Shown piece by piece: positions 60,870 to 64,000 of a stretch of DNA of 64,000 nt. Origin of the DNA: Octopus sinensis (Eukaryota); assembly GCF_006345805.1 (NCBI RefSeq), contig NC_043011.1, positions 3,410,001 through 3,474,000 of the forward strand, read 5' to 3'. How positions within the stretch are numbered: the first letter of the stretch is position 1; every line of letters begins with the position of its first letter. The notes beneath the pieces were generated by a model. That model was not told the origin of the DNA, did no database searches, and was given only the letters and a program-made list of their open reading frames with translations. Made by a program: the position numbers and the translations under genes.

Positions 60870-63690
60870 TATAGGGGACATTTCCTTTATGAAGACGTAC
60901 TCCTGTATTTCTCTGAGTGATGGATCCTTCGGGTGCTTGGATAAAATGTGGATGTCAAGTCAGTCCATCATGTCTCCATGTTGGTAGAGTATGGAGGACT
61001 GCTTTTTGTCATCATGTTGCCTCAAGTGTGCTTTTATTCTCTCCACAATACTTCTAGATGTCTCTCCAATGTATATCATGTTTTTTGTTCTTACAAGCAC
61101 TCTCTATGAACCTTATGGTGTAGACTACATTTATAGTTCTACACCTGATGCCAGGCTGAATCTTACATACCTCATTACAGTTCTCATTAGTGCATGTGGT
61201 ATTTTCGAAGGGCTACATTCTATATAATTGTGATCTTTCTGGCTTTTCAATGATTTTAATGTTGAGTTTGGTTTCCTGCAAAGCTTCCTAAATCTTTGAG
61301 TGTGGTCTCGACAAACATCACTCCTTGATATTTGTCAGCCCTGTACTATCTGTTCACTCTGCTTTGTCACAAACACTCTGTATACTATTCCAGTCTTTAC
61401 CTCTGTATCTAGGGTGGGTACCACTGGTTTCATTACATATAACATTATCAAACTTCTTCCAAGCTCCCCTGTATACACGAATCCGGAGAATTGCATGTGA
61501 TGCATGAAGTTCTGTATATGTTTCTTTGTTTCATAGTGTTCACATATAGGGGCATGTTATTCATTATCCTAATAAAGTCTGCTATCAGTATGTTAATTTT
61601 CGTATTGTGTGACAAAGCTGAGTTCTTGTGAACAATGTATTTAGAAGCTGTGGGTTTCATGTAATAGGAGTGGAGGGGCTGCACTCTGTTGTTCCCAGTC
61701 TCTAACCAAAGTTCAGTATCAAGGACAGGGAATCTATTCCTAGGGTGCCTAGTGGTGTAACCTATAGTTACCTTGATACTTTGGTGGATGGAGTTTGCTA
61801 CATGCTGGATGCTCTCCATTATGCTCCTCTTGGTTTCTACACTACATTTACTAGGGTTTCTCCTAACTAGAATATTGATATCATCTACATACCTACAGTA
61901 AGGCAATACAGTTGTGGATTGTTCAGCTAAGGATTGTTTAAGTTTTCTGTTACACCAGGTCATGAAGAGGTCGGCCACATCTCTAGCCTCATTGATACCA
62001 ATGGCTGCACCCTGAACCTGCATGAATAGTTTCCTTTCAAACTGCACTTTGTGGTTCTTCAAGGTGGTTCTTATGCCAGCCCCTATAGCATGCACCATCA
62101 ATCATTGCACCTGATTGTTGTTCTCAGTGTCCTGGTTGAGGATGGTCCAGCCACTCCAGTACTTTGTAGTGCTTTTCTTCACTGCTGAGGTGATGGCCAA
62201 CAAAAAAATGAAAGTTGGCTTGTGGTCCTTCAGTGTAAAGTAAGTTGCTGGTTTGCCTGTACCAGCATCACAACTTATTCACTCACCAATACTTAGAAAT
62301 TTCAAAACATGTTGTCAATTGCTAATCTAACACAAATTTCAGCTGACCTAATCATAAGTTTTCCAGGTTTCTCCAATCTGTCACTGATGTTAGGTGGCGC
62401 TACTTGCTGATACTTATATGGTCAACAGTACTTACAAGGTAGACTATTTGTTTTTGTTTGTTTTGTTCTATTTATTATTATAACCTGTTTGCTTTTAGCT
62501 TCAGCCATGGTTCCAATGAATAAAGAAAATACTATTCCTGCTAAATACAAACACCAGATATTGTTCAAGACAAAATTGAACTTTTGAAAAAAAAAAAACT
62601 CACTCAAAAACTCGACTAATGCATCTGTAAAAAGTCTACGAGAATTATACAGCACTGGATCTTTCACGATTTATGAGAAAAAGAAATATGAAACCTGACC
62701 TCAGAAAAAGGAAAACATCTCAAGAAGTACAACAGATCATAAATCAATGCTGAGGTGATGGCGGGTGAACTTCCCCTCTGTGACCTGGTGGAGCAGAAAC
62801 TACTTAAATCATAGTTGCCTAGGTAGTTACAATCAGAGCAGAGTTTTAGAAGGAGGCCCAGTTACAGAACTCTACTTCACTCTCACAGATAGTCTCAATG
62901 CATTTTTCCACAGCGAAATCTATGTCTATAGATGGTTTGAGGGAAACCACATCCATACTACCCATTACACAACCTGCAAGGTTGTTGGAGTGGTAGCAAC
63001 TACTGAATTCTACCGAGGAGGTCCTCCATGCTCACACATATATTCAGGGACATTTCAGTGAGTAGTCATAACACCTGTGAAAGGAAGTAGAATAGCTTAT
63101 AATTACTGGAAATATTTGCTCTGCAAACTGGCTGGGCTGGGGGCCCCATAATAGGGTCTACAAAGGTTTATTGTCCTTTTATAGCCTGTACATCATAGCA
63201 ACATCGTTGATGTATGCTTGAAAATTTTGTGCAATCTGTTTTCTGGGCCGGAGTATGTTGCACCTCATTCCTATGTGTGCATTTAGAAGTTTTTCTACTT
63301 TTCATGTTCCAGTGGTGCAACTTCTCTCATGCTACTGATGTGCTGTCGCATGGTCTGGACATAGTTCTGTGGGCCATCTATCGACAGATTTGTCCATAGG
63401 GAAGCACACTAATTCCCTGTTCCTAATTTGCTGTTTCGGTTTTTGTAGGTCTTTGGTGACTGTTGAACTGAGTTAGTGGCTCTCCTCCTCATTATATTTT
63501 TTAGTGGGTTTATTATATTGGTCTAAGATATGTCAGAGTTTATTTCTAGTTAAAGAAATCTTTGCCTCTGTCTCACTGTCTGTCTGTGGTGGAATACACA
63601 CCCTTTTGTTGAAGGGTAAGTGTGCAGGGTAGATCCTCGTCATGTCGTATGGTTTATCATAGGAGTTATAGAAGACAGAGTCAATGGTGC
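60870..63690 (-). mobile_element. Penelope-like element relic (RT + GIY-YIG endonuclease)
   Basis: GSMDVVSL.PSID (about 62940-62975), QVQGAAIG and YCRYVDDI (ORF 61448-62101), and C-terminal NVVYTI..IYIGETSRSIVERIKAH..EYVFIKEMSPILN (about 60875-61135). Confidence 0.88.
62198..62747 (+). mobile_element. 550-bp insertion bounded by a 15-bp direct repeat, with a Tigger/pogo-like HTH remnant
   Basis: TGCTGAGGTGATGGC at 62183-62197 and 62748-62762; frameshifted KHQIL..QDKIELLKK..ASVKSLRELYSTGSFTIYEKKK. Confidence 0.6.
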
Positions 63691-63699
63691 AACCGGTGT

Positions 63700-64000
63700 T
63701 ACTATAACTATTGTTGTTGTTGTTGTGGGTGTTGATGGTGTTGAAAGTGGTGGTGGTACTGGTGGTGGTGTGGGTGATGTTGTAGCTGGTATTGTTGTTT
63801 GTGTGTAGGGCGTTGTGGTTATCATTGTTGTTATTGTAACTATTGCTGTTGTCATTAGCATAGTTATTGTTGTTGTTGTTGGTGGTGGTGGTAGTGATGG
63901 TGGTGGTGGTGGTGGTGGTGGTGGTGATGGTGGTGGTGGTGGTGGTGGTGATGGTGGTGGTGGTGGTGGTGGTGGTGGTGGTGGTAGTGGTGGTATTTGT
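63700..64000. repeat. (GTT)n/(GGT)n trinucleotide tract
   Basis: Direct observation; continues to the window edge. Confidence 0.92.

Noticed and set aside
63620-63861. Thr/Pro-rich mucin-like ORF
   Set aside because: Arises from (GGT)/(GTT) repeats; no splice or start support.

Overview
AT-rich, microsatellite-dense eukaryotic DNA. The SINE families and (TA)n/(TATG)n density most resemble an Octopus (coleoid cephalopod) genome; this is recognition, not a database result. I found no host exon I can support, so the window reads as intronic or intergenic. It is a mosaic of mobile-element remains: a 5'-truncated RTE-clade LINE (2.1-5.5 kb) plus shorter RTE copies, CR1/L2-like and RLE-type LINE relics, a Penelope-like element (RT + GIY-YIG), an internally deleted Helitron and three non-autonomous Helitrons, a hAT transposase relic, hAT and piggyBac MITEs, and many copies of three SINE families. 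There is also a near-identical 1.2-kb tandem duplication and at least seven long fold-back inverted repeats. Most interesting: three unrelated fold-back repeat families carry minimal type-I hammerhead ribozyme folds with palindromic stem III, and the tertiary 3:8 core pair covaries between them (C3-G8 at 21.4-21.9 kb, U3-A8 at 9.8 kb, G3-C8 at 22.2 and 40.7 kb). All alignments and translations were done by eye and coordinates of degenerate elements are approximate.
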